From NCBI GenBank assembly GCA_965112735.1, contig OZ218952.1, positions 930,001 to 994,000 of the forward strand: a stretch of 64,000 nt of DNA, given 5' to 3'. The position numbers and the translations under genes are program-made. Numbering within the stretch: position 1 is the first letter of the stretch; the number at the start of each line of letters is the position of its first letter. Shown here one piece after another: positions 13,032 to 25,316 of this stretch. The DNA comes from Phaeosaccion multiseriatum. Its lineage: Eukaryota > Protista > Ochrophyta, other classes. The notes under the pieces are model-generated. The model saw nothing but the letters and a program-made list of their open reading frames with translations. It searched no databases and had not been told where the DNA came from.

Positions 13032-15844
13032 GTGCGAACAAAGACGGACGAATCGAACCGTCGACAGCACAGTACAGCACAGCGAAGCCCACACCACACC
13101 ACACGAACAGCCCCACCACACACTCAACGCCCGACTGACCGACCGACTGACTGACTGACTGACTGATCATTGACTGACGACTGACTGTACTGACAGACTG
13201 ACAGGCTGACCAACTCTCTCTCAAAAACCTGACTCACCTTCGAGTTCCCCTCGCTGTCGATTAGGAGGTTGAAGCGTTTGAGGCTTCCAAAGGGACTCAC
13301 GAGCTCCTTCACCTGCTCCGCCGCCAATTGTTGCGGCAGATTCGTCAACATGAGAATGGTGTCAGTGGGCTTCTTGACCACATTCAGGCCGAGCATGGCC
13401 GCAACACCCCCCTGGGGAAGCGTGCCCCCCGGGGCCATCCCCAGTCCCCCTGTGAGGGCAGCAGTAGCGGCCGCTTTGGCCGCAGCTTGAGCCTGAGTGA
13501 GAGGGTGGGGTGGGTGGGTGTGTGAGTGGGTGAGTGGGTGGGTGAGTGGGGGGCGAGTGACGGAGTGGGTGGGTGGGTGAGTGAGTGGGTGATTGTGTGA
13601 GTGAGTGAGTGAGTGAGTGAGTGATAGAGAAAGTGTGTGAGTGATAGAGCGAGTGAGTCAGTGTGTGAGTGAGTGTGTGAGCGCACAAGGAGTGAGTGAT
13701 TGCGTCAGTGAGTGAGTGAGTGAGTGAGTGAAGTGAGTGAGGTGAGTGAGGTGAGTGACTTACCGCTGTGTTGGCCGCGTGAGGCTGCCCCAGCGCCGCC
13801 GCTAGAGCCGAGGACACATCCACACTGCTGCCTACCGCACCCATCCCGCCCATACCCCCAATGCCATTTGTAAGCCCCGTGATTGGACCACCAAGTCCCG
13901 AAGCTGCCACACCCCCTACCCCTGGCACCATACCCGGCGCTACCATACCCGGCAGCATGCCCATGATAGGAATCGGAGCTGGTACAGCAGCAGCGGGGGC
14001 GAGGGGGTTCAGGGGGTTCGCCACCACCCCCCCCCCCCCTGCGGTGCCTGACGCAGCTGCCAGGGCAAGGTTCTTATTCATTCGCTCCACGCTCAAGTCT
14101 CCTACTGCGGGGTCACTAGGGGTCTCGTCTGACCCGCTCTCTCCCGCCCCGCCCTCTGCTTCTGGTCCTCCCCCTTCCCCCGCCTCGGCTCCCTCGCCCG
14201 CACACGCGCCCACGGCGACTCCGGCAGCGGCGTGAGCACTTGCCACCTGTTGTCCATTGAGAAGTATATGGGGGGAGGGGAGGGGAGGGAGGGGAGGGAG
14301 GGGAGGGGAGGGGAGGGGAGGGGAGGCGAGGGGAGAGAGGGGTGAGTTGGGGAAGTGTAGAACGAGTCGGCACTTGCGCTGAGGAGGTGGCGGTCATACC
14401 ATGGGGAGCTATCGTGCTGATTGATTGGCTGCACTGACTGACCAACTAACCGACTGGCTGACTGACTGACTGACTGACCAACTAATCGACTGGCTGACTG
14501 GCTGCACTGACTGGCTGACCGACTGCACTGACTGGCTGACTGGCTGACTGACTGAGTGACCAACGAACCGACTGCCTGACTGGCTGACTGACTGACCTGC
14601 TCGTCGGTGTAGCTCTTGGGCCGTCCGATCTTCAGCGCCACAGTTCCGTACTGAATGCCGTTCAACTTGAGAGAAGCATTGCACTCCTCGATACTCCTGT
14701 TGGCCGCACAGCCACAAGCCAGTCAGGTGAGTGGGTGGGTGGATGGCGAGTGAATAGAACAGAACGGGGAAGAGAGTGAGAGTGAGAGAGAGAGAGAGAA
14801 AACGGATGAGGCGATGCAAACAAAACAAGGTGTAGGACAGGGGAGGAAGGTGCAAACAGGCAGTAGGTCATAACATAATACAACACCTTCACTGCCCTGA
14901 TGAGGACCCCCCCCCCCTTCTCCCCCCTCCCTCCCTCCCCTCGTTTCCCAGCTCCTCCCTCCCCCTCCTCTCCATCTCCTATCGCACCTAAACTCGCAAA
15001 AGGCGTATCTGGCGTCAGCGCTGATCCAGGCGGTACGGATGGGGTTACCCGGTGCCGCCGTAAGCTTCAGGTGCTCCAGAGCGGCTCCCAGGAAGGCCTT
15101 CGTAGGAGGAGGAGGAGGAGGAGGAGGAGGAGGAGGAGGAGAGGAGGAGGAGGAGGAGAGGAGGAGGAGGAGGAGAGGAGGAGGAGGAGGAGGAGAAGAA
15201 AAAGGAGGAGGAGGAGAAGAAGAAGGAGAAGAAAGAGGGTAGCAGGCGGTGGGTGAAACATTTGCGGCAATGCAGTAGACATAGCTCCTCACCCAACCCA
15301 GTCGAATGAGACAGACAGAAAGACACTCTCCGCAAGCACTTTTGATACAAGAAGCTCGAGGCCGGTTCGTCCGGCTCTTCTACCGACTCTCTCTCCCTCG
15401 TTGTCGTTCTCTCTCTCTCTTATCTCTCTCTCCCTTTCTCCCTCGCGCTCTTCCTTTTCCTCTCTCTCTCCCGCTCTCCCTCTTATATCTCACTCCCTTT
15501 CTGCCTCACTCTCTTCCTCGCCCTCTCTCTCTCCCTTTCTCTCTCCATCTCTCTCTCTCGCACTCTCTCTCATGTCTCTCTACCCATCTCTCTTTTCTCT
15601 CCAGCTATCTCATCTATCCATCGAGTTGGTGGTCCGGGCTGCTGCCAGGAGGAGGCGCACCAGTCTATCTCTCAATCTACGTTTTTTCCCGTCTGATGTA
15701 TCCATCTGTCTACGTATCTATCTTCGGATTACACATCCTTCACTTAGTACTCAAGTGCACCCCCCCCCTACATTCCACCCCTGCCACCCCGTGAGTGGAT
15801 CGCATCAGACAGACAAGACGGCAGGACGATTTCTCCTCCTCCTT

Positions 15845-15888
<44 letters not shown>

Positions 15889-17156
15889 GCTACTACTACT
15901 ACTACTACTACTACTACTAATCCTACTACTACTACTCCTTCTAATACTACTACTACTACTACTACTACTGCTACTACAATTACTACTGCCACTACTACTC
16001 CTTCTATGATCTCCCCCTCCCCATATACCTGGAGTTGAGGCCCGGTGATGCCCGGGGGAAGGCTCCCCACGTAGATCTCGCGAGCTGGCTTGGTCTCCGG
16101 GTCCCCAGGTGTGCCCACATCACCATTGAGTAAGCCCACCTTTCCTCCCACCAGGGTGACGGTAGTCGGGGCGGCAGCAGCAGCAGCAGCAGCAGCGGCT
16201 GAGCCGTCTCCCGCTACGCCATTGGGCTGAGCCGCTCCACCAACAGCACCAGCAGGGGCGGCAGACATGCGAAGTAGCGTGAGCTTCTGCAGCGCCTCCA
16301 CTACCCCGATGCCAGGGTTGCTTCTCATGACCATTTCCAGCGTAATGCCCCCGCTCTCAGCCTCCTTCTTCTTCTTCTTGTCGCCCTCTCCTTCCTTGTC
16401 CTTGTCTTTGCGCGAGTGGCGGCTGTGACTGCGACTCCGCTCTCGTCTGCTACTGCGGTGGCGGTGCCTGCTACTGCTCCGCCTACCACTGTCACGATCT
16501 CGGCTACGGTCTCTGTCTCTGCCTCTCCGCCTGCTGTCACCGCCGCTCCCCCTTCGTCTGTCGTGAGACCTCGACCGGCTCCTCCGGCTGCTGGTTCGCT
16601 CCCTCTCTCTATACCTCCGACCGTCCCTATCCCTGCCGCCCCTGTCCCGATCCCGCCTGCTGGGGCTCCTGCTCCCGTCTCTCCTGCTGCTCTCTCTCCT
16701 CCTGCCCTTGGGCAAAAGTATTTCCCCCCCCGACCCGTCCCTACTGCTACTCCTCCTCCTCCTGCTCTCCCCCTCCCTGTCTTTGCTCCTGCTACCCCGT
16801 CTCCGGTGCTTGCGTTCGCGCGACTTTGAGCGATGCCGATGGCTCCTTCTGCTGCTCTTTCTGCTGGTGCGCTCACGCGTATCTTTGTCGCCCTCCTCTT
16901 TGTCGCCCTCCTCTTTGTCGCCCTCCTCGTTGTCGCCCTTCTCGTTATCAACCCCCCCCTTCACTTGTTCCTCGCCCTGATCCTCTGTTTGAACGCCATC
17001 CACATCCTCTCTTCCACCACCATCTCCCTCACCGTGCAAACCGCCCTTCCCAGCACTGCCCTCCTCCTCTGGCCCGCCCTCCCCCCTCTCCTCCTTTCCT
17101 TCCTCCCCCACCTCCTGCTTCTCCTGGTCATCATTTTCTTCGCGGCCGTCTGTCAT
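11259..17156 (-). CDS. U2AF2: Splicing factor U2AF large subunit (U2AF65)-like: RS domain, two RRMs, C-terminal UHM
   Basis: Exons ~17156-16029, 15097-14988, 14696-14597, 14246-13763, 13491-13238, 12551-12375, 11943-11259. RS-rich N-terminus; AREIYVGSLPPG/YAFCEFR/LKIGRPKSY (RRM1); VKELVSPFGSLKRFNL..NSKGIAVFEY (RRM2); LKNMVKPEELDDDAEFEDIKQDVTNEC..GCGKIFVKF (UHM). Confidence 0.92.
15845..16000. repeat. (TAC)n microsatellite in U2AF2 intron 1
   Basis: Seen directly in the sequence. Confidence 0.95.
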
Positions 17157-17315
17157 CGCAAGCAGCAGGATAAAAAAGAGAAGCACAGACTCTGTTGTGG
17201 GGCGAGAGTCCAGATCGATGTGCATCGATCATCGATTTTTGGATGGCACTCCATGTAAACTGTTTCTTCTTCCCTGCTTCTTCCATCCTGCTTTCTCCTG
17301 TGCCCTCTCTCCATC

Positions 17316-17684
17316 ATGGAGGGGCGGGCGTGGACGTTCGAGGACGTGAAGAAGGCCTATTTTAGGCACGAGCAGCTTCGGCAGACGCAAGACCCCATGA
17401 GGCACTACCTCTACGGCGTCGCGCTTGAGATGGCGGGCAACGAGGACTGTGACGACAAGTACATGCTCTTCGTCTCCGAGGTCATCCACTTGCACTCGTC
17501 CGCCGAGCAAGGGGCGGAGTTCTACTCCAGCAAGGCCAAGGGGGCGAAGGGGGCTAGCCCACAAGACAGGGAGTGGTTTGAGCACATGGCTGTCATCTTG
17601 AGACGTCCACCAGTAAAAGACGGGAAGAGGAGAGCCTCGCAACAGATGTCCACAAAGGGAAGCCAAACCTGTGCCGTTATGTGA
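17316..17684 (+). CDS. Hypothetical protein; the same frame resumes after the TGA (17703-18005), so the gene may be longer, spliced or pseudogenised
   Basis: 122-aa ORF with normal complexity and CCATCATGG start context, divergent from U2AF2; no recognisable domain. Confidence 0.35.
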   Translation: MEGRAWTFEDVKKAYFRHEQLRQTQDPMRHYLYGVALEMAGNEDCDDKYMLFVSEVIHLHSSAEQGAEFYSSKAKGAKGASPQDREWFEHMAVILRRPPVKDGKRRASQQMSTKGSQTCAVM

Positions 17685-18175
17685 GGGCAGACCTGTGCCG
17701 TTATGTGGGGGCAGGGTGGGGCGACGAGCCTCCCCGGAGGGTTGGTACTCTTTTCACCGAGCAGGAAGGCGGCACGAGCAGCAAAGCCTGCAAGCGGCAG
17801 CAGGCGCCCACAAAACTTACGAGAGACACGAGAGGGGGAGAGAGAAGAGAGAAGAGAGAGAGAGCCCTTCTTCGCGCGAGAGGTTGTACGAAATTACCAT
17901 TTGGAAGAACTTCGGGCGGTGCTGTCACGATGCGGCATACTGCCTCAGGAAGCGCACGACAAGATGCGAGAACAGGGTACGTGTTTCGTGTTTTATATCT
18001 CGTAACAGGGTGTTTACATCGGGCACCACACCCGAACCGAGGGAAGAGCCTGAGGGAGGAGCCTGGTGGGAGGGGGGGGGGCTGAGAGGTAGAGTGGGGT
18101 CACAAGAAAAGGGCCGCCTTTGGGGGCGTGTCATCGCACCACACACACATCCCCACCCTCCCCCTCACTGACAAG

Positions 18176-19571
18176 TCAGCGGCTTGGCTCCTTCTTCTCA
18201 ACGCATCCTCTAGCTGCTGCTGGGGCATCGGCTTGGTCCTCCTTGGCCGCCGTCGTATTACCCACCTCCTCTGTCTGATGCCCCTCCCCCTTCCTCATCT
18301 CCGCCTCCTGCTCCCTCTTCTCCTCCTCCTCTCTCCTCTGTCTGTCTCCCCTCAGACACTGGAGCTCTCCCCCCACCGCAGCCGCCGTGCTAAGCACCGC
18401 CGCAGCCACGCTAACATACTCCACCTGCACTATGGCAGTGTGGGGCAAACAATCCTGCCATAGGGCCCCTGCAATGACCAAGTGAGCGAGGGCATCGCCG
18501 AGGTCACAAATGGCAGCCACTGCGAAGAAAGGCGCGGCGTTGATGGTATCAATGCCCCTACTCCCTGCATCGGCTGCGCTCTTGGCCTTGAGGTACAAGT
18601 CCAGCTTGTCTTTCTCCAGGCGGTACCGGAGCAAGTCCGCTCTGCTCCCGTGCGGTACGGTCCGTACACACGGGTTGAATCGATGATGATTGATGATTGG
18701 TCGTGTTGGGAGGGAACGGGGAGGGGCGGCAGTGGGGGAGAGGGCAAACAAACACTGAATGACGAACAAGACCTCGAGCAAGGAGCGGCAGATAGAAGGA
18801 GACATTCGCCGAGCAGCGCTTGCCACTGCGGAGGAAGAACGCCTCATGAGCTGAGGAGAGGTTTTGACGCCTCCCGGGCACCACACCGGCAGCAGGCCTC
18901 CTATCTTGTTCACATCATGAGACGCAACGAGCGACTCTCGACACGACGTGCAGTAACTAATAAAAAAGAAGCATCGCACCCACGCACCTGCACATGAAAA
19001 TTGCGAAGGCGGCCCCAGCCACAGGGAGGGTGATCAAGACTCCGCGCCCCAGCCGGGCCACTGCTCGCTTGCCCAGCACCTTGCCCGAGGCTTTTTCGGC
19101 CAGCGTTTCCACCCAGGAGAGGGCCTGGCCGCGGGCTCGCTGCCCCTCTCGCTCTCCGAAGAACTCGACCGCTGCCTGACTCGCTCTGTTTGCTGTTCTT
19201 TCCACGAGGCGGAGCCCTGCCTTTGTCTTCTTGTGGTTGCCGCCCCGCTTCACGGTCTGCTTCACGACCACCCGCTCCACCACTCTCTCCAGCGCTTTGA
19301 GCGAGGCCTTCTCCTGCACCCGATGCTCCACCTGGTGTCTGGCCGCGTCCATGCGCTTTTTGCTTTCCTTGCTTTCTCCATCGTCGCTGCCTTCGGTCGC
19401 TTCGTTGCGTACTAGCGCCTTTGTGGTGTCTTTATTCTTACCTTGGTCGGTCGAGAACTCCCCCCCTTGTCCTCCTCCTACCCTTCTGCTGCCGAGACCA
19501 AGCCTGCCTGCTGCTTGCCTTGTCCTCTTCCAAGCCGAGCATCTTACCCTGCACCGTGCCAGCGAAATCAT
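18176..19571 (-). CDS. Hypothetical multi-pass membrane protein with a basic, possibly mitochondrial, presequence
   Basis: Two exons (~19571-18988 and 18641-18176) join as ..AFAIFMCR|ADLLRYRLEK. Hydrophobic segments: VLITLPVAGAAFAIFM, FFAVAAICDLGDALAHLVIAGALW, YVSVAAAVLSTAAAVGG. Confidence 0.6.
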
Positions 19572-19996
19572 TTCAAAAAACCTTCTTCCAGCGGGGAAAG
19601 TCTTCCATCTGGGAACGCTGTCTCTTTTTCAATCATACTTCGCCCAGATGGAACGTTGTTTAATCGAGATCATACTGTACTTCGCCCTCCATTTCACAAC
19701 ACAGCTAGTTGGTTCTCCAGGGATCTTCAGGTTGGCGACTGCTGGCGAGAGCGTTCCAACAAAATTTCCGCTGCCATCTCTCTCCCTCCCTTTCTACCAC
19801 TGTGACGCCGTAGCTGCTTCTGCTGCTGCTTCTGCTGCTGCTGCTGCTGCTACTGTTTTTGCTGCTGCTGCTTTCGCTTCCGGCGCCTCGTCTTGGAGTG
19901 AATAGAGCTCCCTTCGGCGCCTTTCAGGGCGGCCCCGCTCGGAGGGGGGAAGGTTTTCAGAGGGGGCTGCCGCTCTGGACACAGTGGAGGGGTGCC

Positions 19997-21149
19997 ATGC
20001 CGATTGTGTATGCTCTCATCGCAAGGGGGACGAGCGTGCTCGCGGAGTTCACGCAATCGTCAGGAAATTTCACCACCGTCTCCAGGGTGTTGCTTAGCAA
20101 ACTCAGCTCCGAAGATGGCAAGATGTCGTACGTGTATGACAATCACGTCTTCCACTACATCACTGAGCAGGGCATCACGTACCTGTGTATGGCGGACGAG
20201 CAGGCCAAGCGGAGAGTACCCTTCGCTTTTCTGGAGGAGATCAAGCAAAAATTCATGACCGCGTATGGAGACAGCGTACACAGCGCGCTAGCGTTCAGCA
20301 TGAATGAGGTGGGGGTGGGTGGAGGAGGAGGGGGGCAGGAGGAGGACTAGGGTGGAGGCTCTTGGGATGTAAAGAAGACAGAAACATATGGCGACCCCCT
20401 TTGCTTCGGTCTGCTCTCGGTATTGCCTGCACACGTCTCATCTCAGTTTTCCTCTTCCCTCCCTCCCTCTCTCTCACACACTCTCTTTCTCCCTCCCTCT
20501 CTCTCTCTCTCGCTCTGCTCTGTTGTTCTCTACCCCCCCCTCTCTCTCTCTCTTGCTCTGCTCTGTTGTTCTCTACCCCTCTCTCTCTCTCCACTCCGCT
20601 GCGTGCATCTACCCTGCCCCCCTTCCCCCCCCCGCTGCTTGTGGCTGGGCTGAACAGGGCTTTTCCCCCGTGCTACAAAGGGAGATGGACTACTACAATG
20701 GCGACCCCAGCGCCGACAAGCTCACGCATGTGCGCAGCCAGATCGACGAGGTCAAAGGCGTCATGGTGGAGAACATTGAAAAAGTGCTCGAGAGGGGCGA
20801 GAAGATAGGTGAGTGAGGGGGTGGTGGGGTGAGTGAGGGGGTGAAGGAGGGAGGGAGTGAGAGAGCGAGGGATGGACTCGATGAGGGAGGGGTGGAGTGA
20901 ATGAGGGAGCGAGGAAGTGATTGGGAGCGAGGAAGTGGGTGAGTGAGGGGTCCGAGTGAGTGAGTCGAAGGGAACAAGGGAGTGCATGGGTGGATGGATG
21001 GGGTGAGTGAGTGGGTGGGTGAGTGAGCGAGGGAGGAGGGGCAGAGAGGGCGTTGGTGGGTTGGGTTTGGGTGGAGAGGCAGGCAGTGGCGCCGCACCAC
21101 TCTGCCACTCTGTGCTTTGAGAGGGCGCCTGATGGCGAGCGAGAGGAAC

Positions 21150-21208
<59 letters not shown>

Positions 21209-21231
21209 TCTCTCTCATTCTCTTTCTCTCC

Positions 21232-21297
<66 letters not shown>

Positions 21298-22544
21298 TTT
21301 CTGCTTGTATTCCTTTGCGATTGCTCCTTCTACGTCTCTTCGCGGCTACCGCCCGGACCTGGCCTCCTTGGTGCCTTTCCCCGGATTGCCCTTGACCCCC
21401 GTTGATGAAATGAATTAAACCACCCCCCCGCACGCACGCGCAGAACTGCTGGTGGATAAGACGGACAGACTGAACCAGCAGGCCTTCCGCTTCGACAGGG
21501 CCTCCAAGCAGCTGCAGCGCCAAATGTACATGCGCAAGGTGAGGCGTGTCCGCAGTTACAGCGATACGTGTAACAGTGGTGTAACTGTAGTGGGGGGGGA
21601 GAGGACGAAGGCAGCGGAATTGCGAGGGTGTTTGCACTAGTAGCGGTGGTGGTGAAGGGGAGTGTAGCGATAGCAGCAGTAGCAGCCTTGACCATGGTGG
21701 TGGTAGCAGCGATAGTAGCGGTGGCAGCGGTAGTAGCCTTGACCGTAGTGGTGGGTACTTGAGTAGTAGCTGAGTACAGCATGAGTACAGCATGAGTACA
21801 GCTGAGTACCGCAGAGTGCAGCAGAGTGCAGCTGAGTACAGCACGGCAGACTGTGCAAGACCCACCCACCCCTTTGTCATTCATCCATCTGTCGTGTGAG
21901 TTGGTAGGCAGGTACGTTGGTAGGTAGGTAAATAGGTAGGTACGTGGGTATAGGTAGGTAGGTAGGGAGGTAGGTAGGTGGGTAGGTCGGTAGGTACGTA
22001 GGTAGGTAGGTAGGTAGGTAGGTAGGTAGGTAGGTCGGTAGGTAGGTAGGTAGGTAGGTAGGTCGGTAGGTATAGGTGTGTATATATAGGTAGGTAGGTA
22101 GGTAGGTAGGTAGGTAGGTAGGTAGATAGGTAGATAGGTAGATAGGTAGGTAGGTAGGTAGGTAGGTAGGTAGGTAGGTAGGGAGAAGGAGAGAGGAGGA
22201 AGGGAGGTGGGTAGGTAGGTAGGTAGGTAGGTGGGTAGGTGGGTAGAAAGGTAGGTAGGTAGGTAGGTAGGAGGAAGGAGGTAGGTGGGTGAGGAAGGAG
22301 GTAGGTAGGGCGGTACGCATGCAGCAGCACGGCTACCCCTGCCCCCGTCTGTCCTCCTCTGCGCGTCGCGTCCCATTCCTTTCCCCTCGGTGGTCGCCCT
22401 CGGTGGTCGCTCCTCTGACTCTCTCGACTCGACTTCCCTCTCCCTTAGGTCAAGCTGTATGCAGCACTGGGAGCAGGCGTGACAACGATCATCTTCTTCT
22501 GTGCAGCCTCTTCGTGTGGGGGGGTCACCTTTCCGCAGTGCTGA
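19997..22544 (+). CDS. VAMP7: Longin R-SNARE VAMP7/VAMP71
   Basis: Exons 19997-20308, 20658-20808, 21444-21538, 22449-22544. Longin domain MPIVYALIARG..RRVPFAFLEEIK; SNARE motif [29 protein letters not shown]; C-terminal TM ending CGGVTFPQC*. Confidence 0.95.
21903..22310. repeat. (GTAG)n microsatellite in the last VAMP7 intron
   Basis: Seen directly; a similar array lies at 32145-32376. Confidence 0.95.
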
Positions 22545-23280
22545 CGTGCTGACTCGCTCGCTCGCTGACTCTGGCACTCTTCGAGCACTCTGGCACCCAT
22601 CCGCCCGGCGATGGGTGGGGAGGTGGCTGGTCGTAAGTCGACAAATTCCAACTTTCTGTGTGCACTCTCTTATATATCCTCTGTGGTGTGGAACAATTGT
22701 TAATATTAGTCGAATAGCCTCTGGGGAGCGAAATTTGACGTCGCTTTCACGACTTGGCCCCCTTGGGAAACGGTGCCCCAGGGGGGTTTCCTTTGGCTTT
22801 GCGCCTTCGGGCTTATCTGTCGGGAGCAACCGGAAAGCCTCTGCGCGTGCGGGACGTCCAAAACCCATGCAGCTGCTGCGGTGTTGTTGTGGTGGTGTGC
22901 TGTACGCTTTGCGATAGCGTCGGCGAATCGGTGGTTGGGCGCCGAGCAACTAATTGTCACCCTCGGGGGGCTTGCCGCTGAGTAGACAGGAGCTAGGTCC
23001 TGCATTTGCCCTCCTGGCTTCGAGGCTGAAGTCTCCTCTGTCCCCCCTGCCCGAGGTTGAAAGCAGGGAGGGGACGGAGGAGGAAGGGGCAGGATGGGGA
23101 CTACCCACAGCGCCCAATTGGCGGAGGAGGCGAGGGCGAGCGCGTCCAGATGTGAGTCCGCAGAATAGAGAAAGAAATGGAGAGAGAGGAGCAGTTGGAG
23201 CAGGCAGAGCTGCTGCCAGAGCTAGGGTGGAGAGGGGGGGATGGGGGGGAATTGCTGGAGAGTGCAGCGGGGCACCGTTG

Positions 23281-25281
23281 ATGGGGGGCGAATTCAGCGT
23301 GATTCCGGGTGGTTAAGTTCCGAAGCCTACCCCACAAGCTTTGCTGCAGTAGCCGGCATCTATAGAGGCTTGGCTTACGTCGAGTGCTACTTACGTTTAC
23401 TTCTACTTCCCCCTCCGGCCGCCGCCACTTTCCTTCCTTTGCGTACTGTTCTTGTCCTTCCGTTCAGTCGATGCCTGTGAGCTCCGACTCATCAAGGAGA
23501 CGTTTAAGGACCTTGCCCACCTCAGGGGAGGTGCCAAGTCCAAGAACATCGACAAAGAGACTTTCTTGCAGTACTTCCCATTGCCCGGCCTGCTGGGAGG
23601 TGAGAATAGAGAGAGGTAGAGGGTAGTAGTCTTTTCCGGTCCCCATGGGGAATCGAGGCCGTTCAAATCACACAGCGAGGGGCGGGGGTAAATGAACGGG
23701 GGCAGGTATTACTGCGCTTGAGCCTCGAGGAAAGGGATGATTGGCCTGTCGTCGGTACATCACCGTCTTTGTGTCGTTTGGCCTCTTTCTTTCGGTACCG
23801 AGTGCCTGAATCTCCGGTTACCACACGTCCCGTCCCGTCCCGTCTCTCTCTCTCTCTCTCTCTCGGCATGCACCAGAGCGCTTATTCGCCGTTTTCGATC
23901 GGAAGCAGCTCGGTGAGATCGACTACGAAGAGTTTGTGATTGGCCTATCCATCACTTGTCGTGGCTCATGGGCAGAAAAGGTGGAATTCATCTTCCACCT
24001 CTACGACGTGCACGGGGCGGGGGAGGTGAATCGAGAGCAGCTCACCGCACTGGTCAACCATGTCCCTCGGGCAGTTACGAGGCTGAACATGAGGCATCAT
24101 GCAGCCAACGGGGCCGGGCGGAGATACGTGCCCTTCAATAGAGCCAAGAGCTTGAACAACCTACGGGCACTGCCTCTACCGCGGGATGGGGTGGTGGGTG
24201 GTGGGGGTACGGGAAGTATCAGAGCGAATGGGGGCGGGCTGTGTCATCACAACAGTAACCACAACCACCACGATGAGGCGGGGGATGACCGACCGAGGAG
24301 GTTTACTACGCATGGCGGGTCGAGGCCATGCAGAGACAGCCACGAGCATGGCTTCAACTGCTATTGCCCCGCCGAGTCTGCTGTACATGAGCTGATGAAG
24401 AGTGGGAGTAGTGATGGTGAGGGGGAGGAGTTTAGTGGTGAGCAGGAGGCGCAGCAGGGGCAGCAGCAGGGGCAACAACAGCGGAAGGAGCAGCAGCAGG
24501 AGGACGGCGGGAAGAGGATGGTAGAAGTGAAGGAGGAGAGCGAACAAGAGCCAATAGACGGGGGGGGGCAGGTGCCTCCACACCAGCTCGAGGATAGCAA
24601 CGGCCACCACCACCCACACTCCAACCTCCACCATCCACACACCCACACCCACCACTACTACGGCAGCCACAGCAGCAACAACGGGTACCTGCACCATTAC
24701 CACAACCACTTTGAAGAGTTCACCAACAACTCCATCGTGGAGCAGGCCTTCGACGAGTGTGACTTGAATCAGACAGGCACTCTCTCCCTGTCAGAGTTTC
24801 GGCTGTGGGTGGAACGAAACCCTACCGTGGCGCAGTTTTTGCAGAGCGTTTTCCCGTACGATGAGAATCGGGACTGGGGAGACGACAATAAGCACTTACC
24901 TTTCAGCCACCGCAAGGATTTCAACCACCCGGGGCCGATTGCCGGCTGCTCCGGGGCCGGGGCGGGCGGGATGCTGGCAGGAGGGTCAGCAGGATCGGGA
25001 GGAGGAGGAGGAGGAGGAGGAGGAGGGGCGGGGGGAAGACTCAGCCTTGATAGCCATCACAGTCTTGATCATTCGGTGGTGGGTGGGGGTGGGGGTGGGG
25101 GAGGCGAGGAAGAGGTAACTCGTCTGCTGGTGAGGGCGAGGGCACTGACGCATGACGTCTATCTCCGAGAGCAGCTGACCACCATCATCGACGACCGAGT
25201 AGAGGCAGCCGGAGTCGCAGAGAGGGCCGAGGCCGATGCACCACACGGGGACGGGGGTGGGGTTGGTGGTGGTGGTAGTGT

Positions 25282-25316
<35 letters not shown>

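Noticed and set aside
21330-22949. 539-aa minus-strand ORF
   Set aside because: Antisense to VAMP7 and dominated by (CTAC)n-derived LPTY repeats; no domain.
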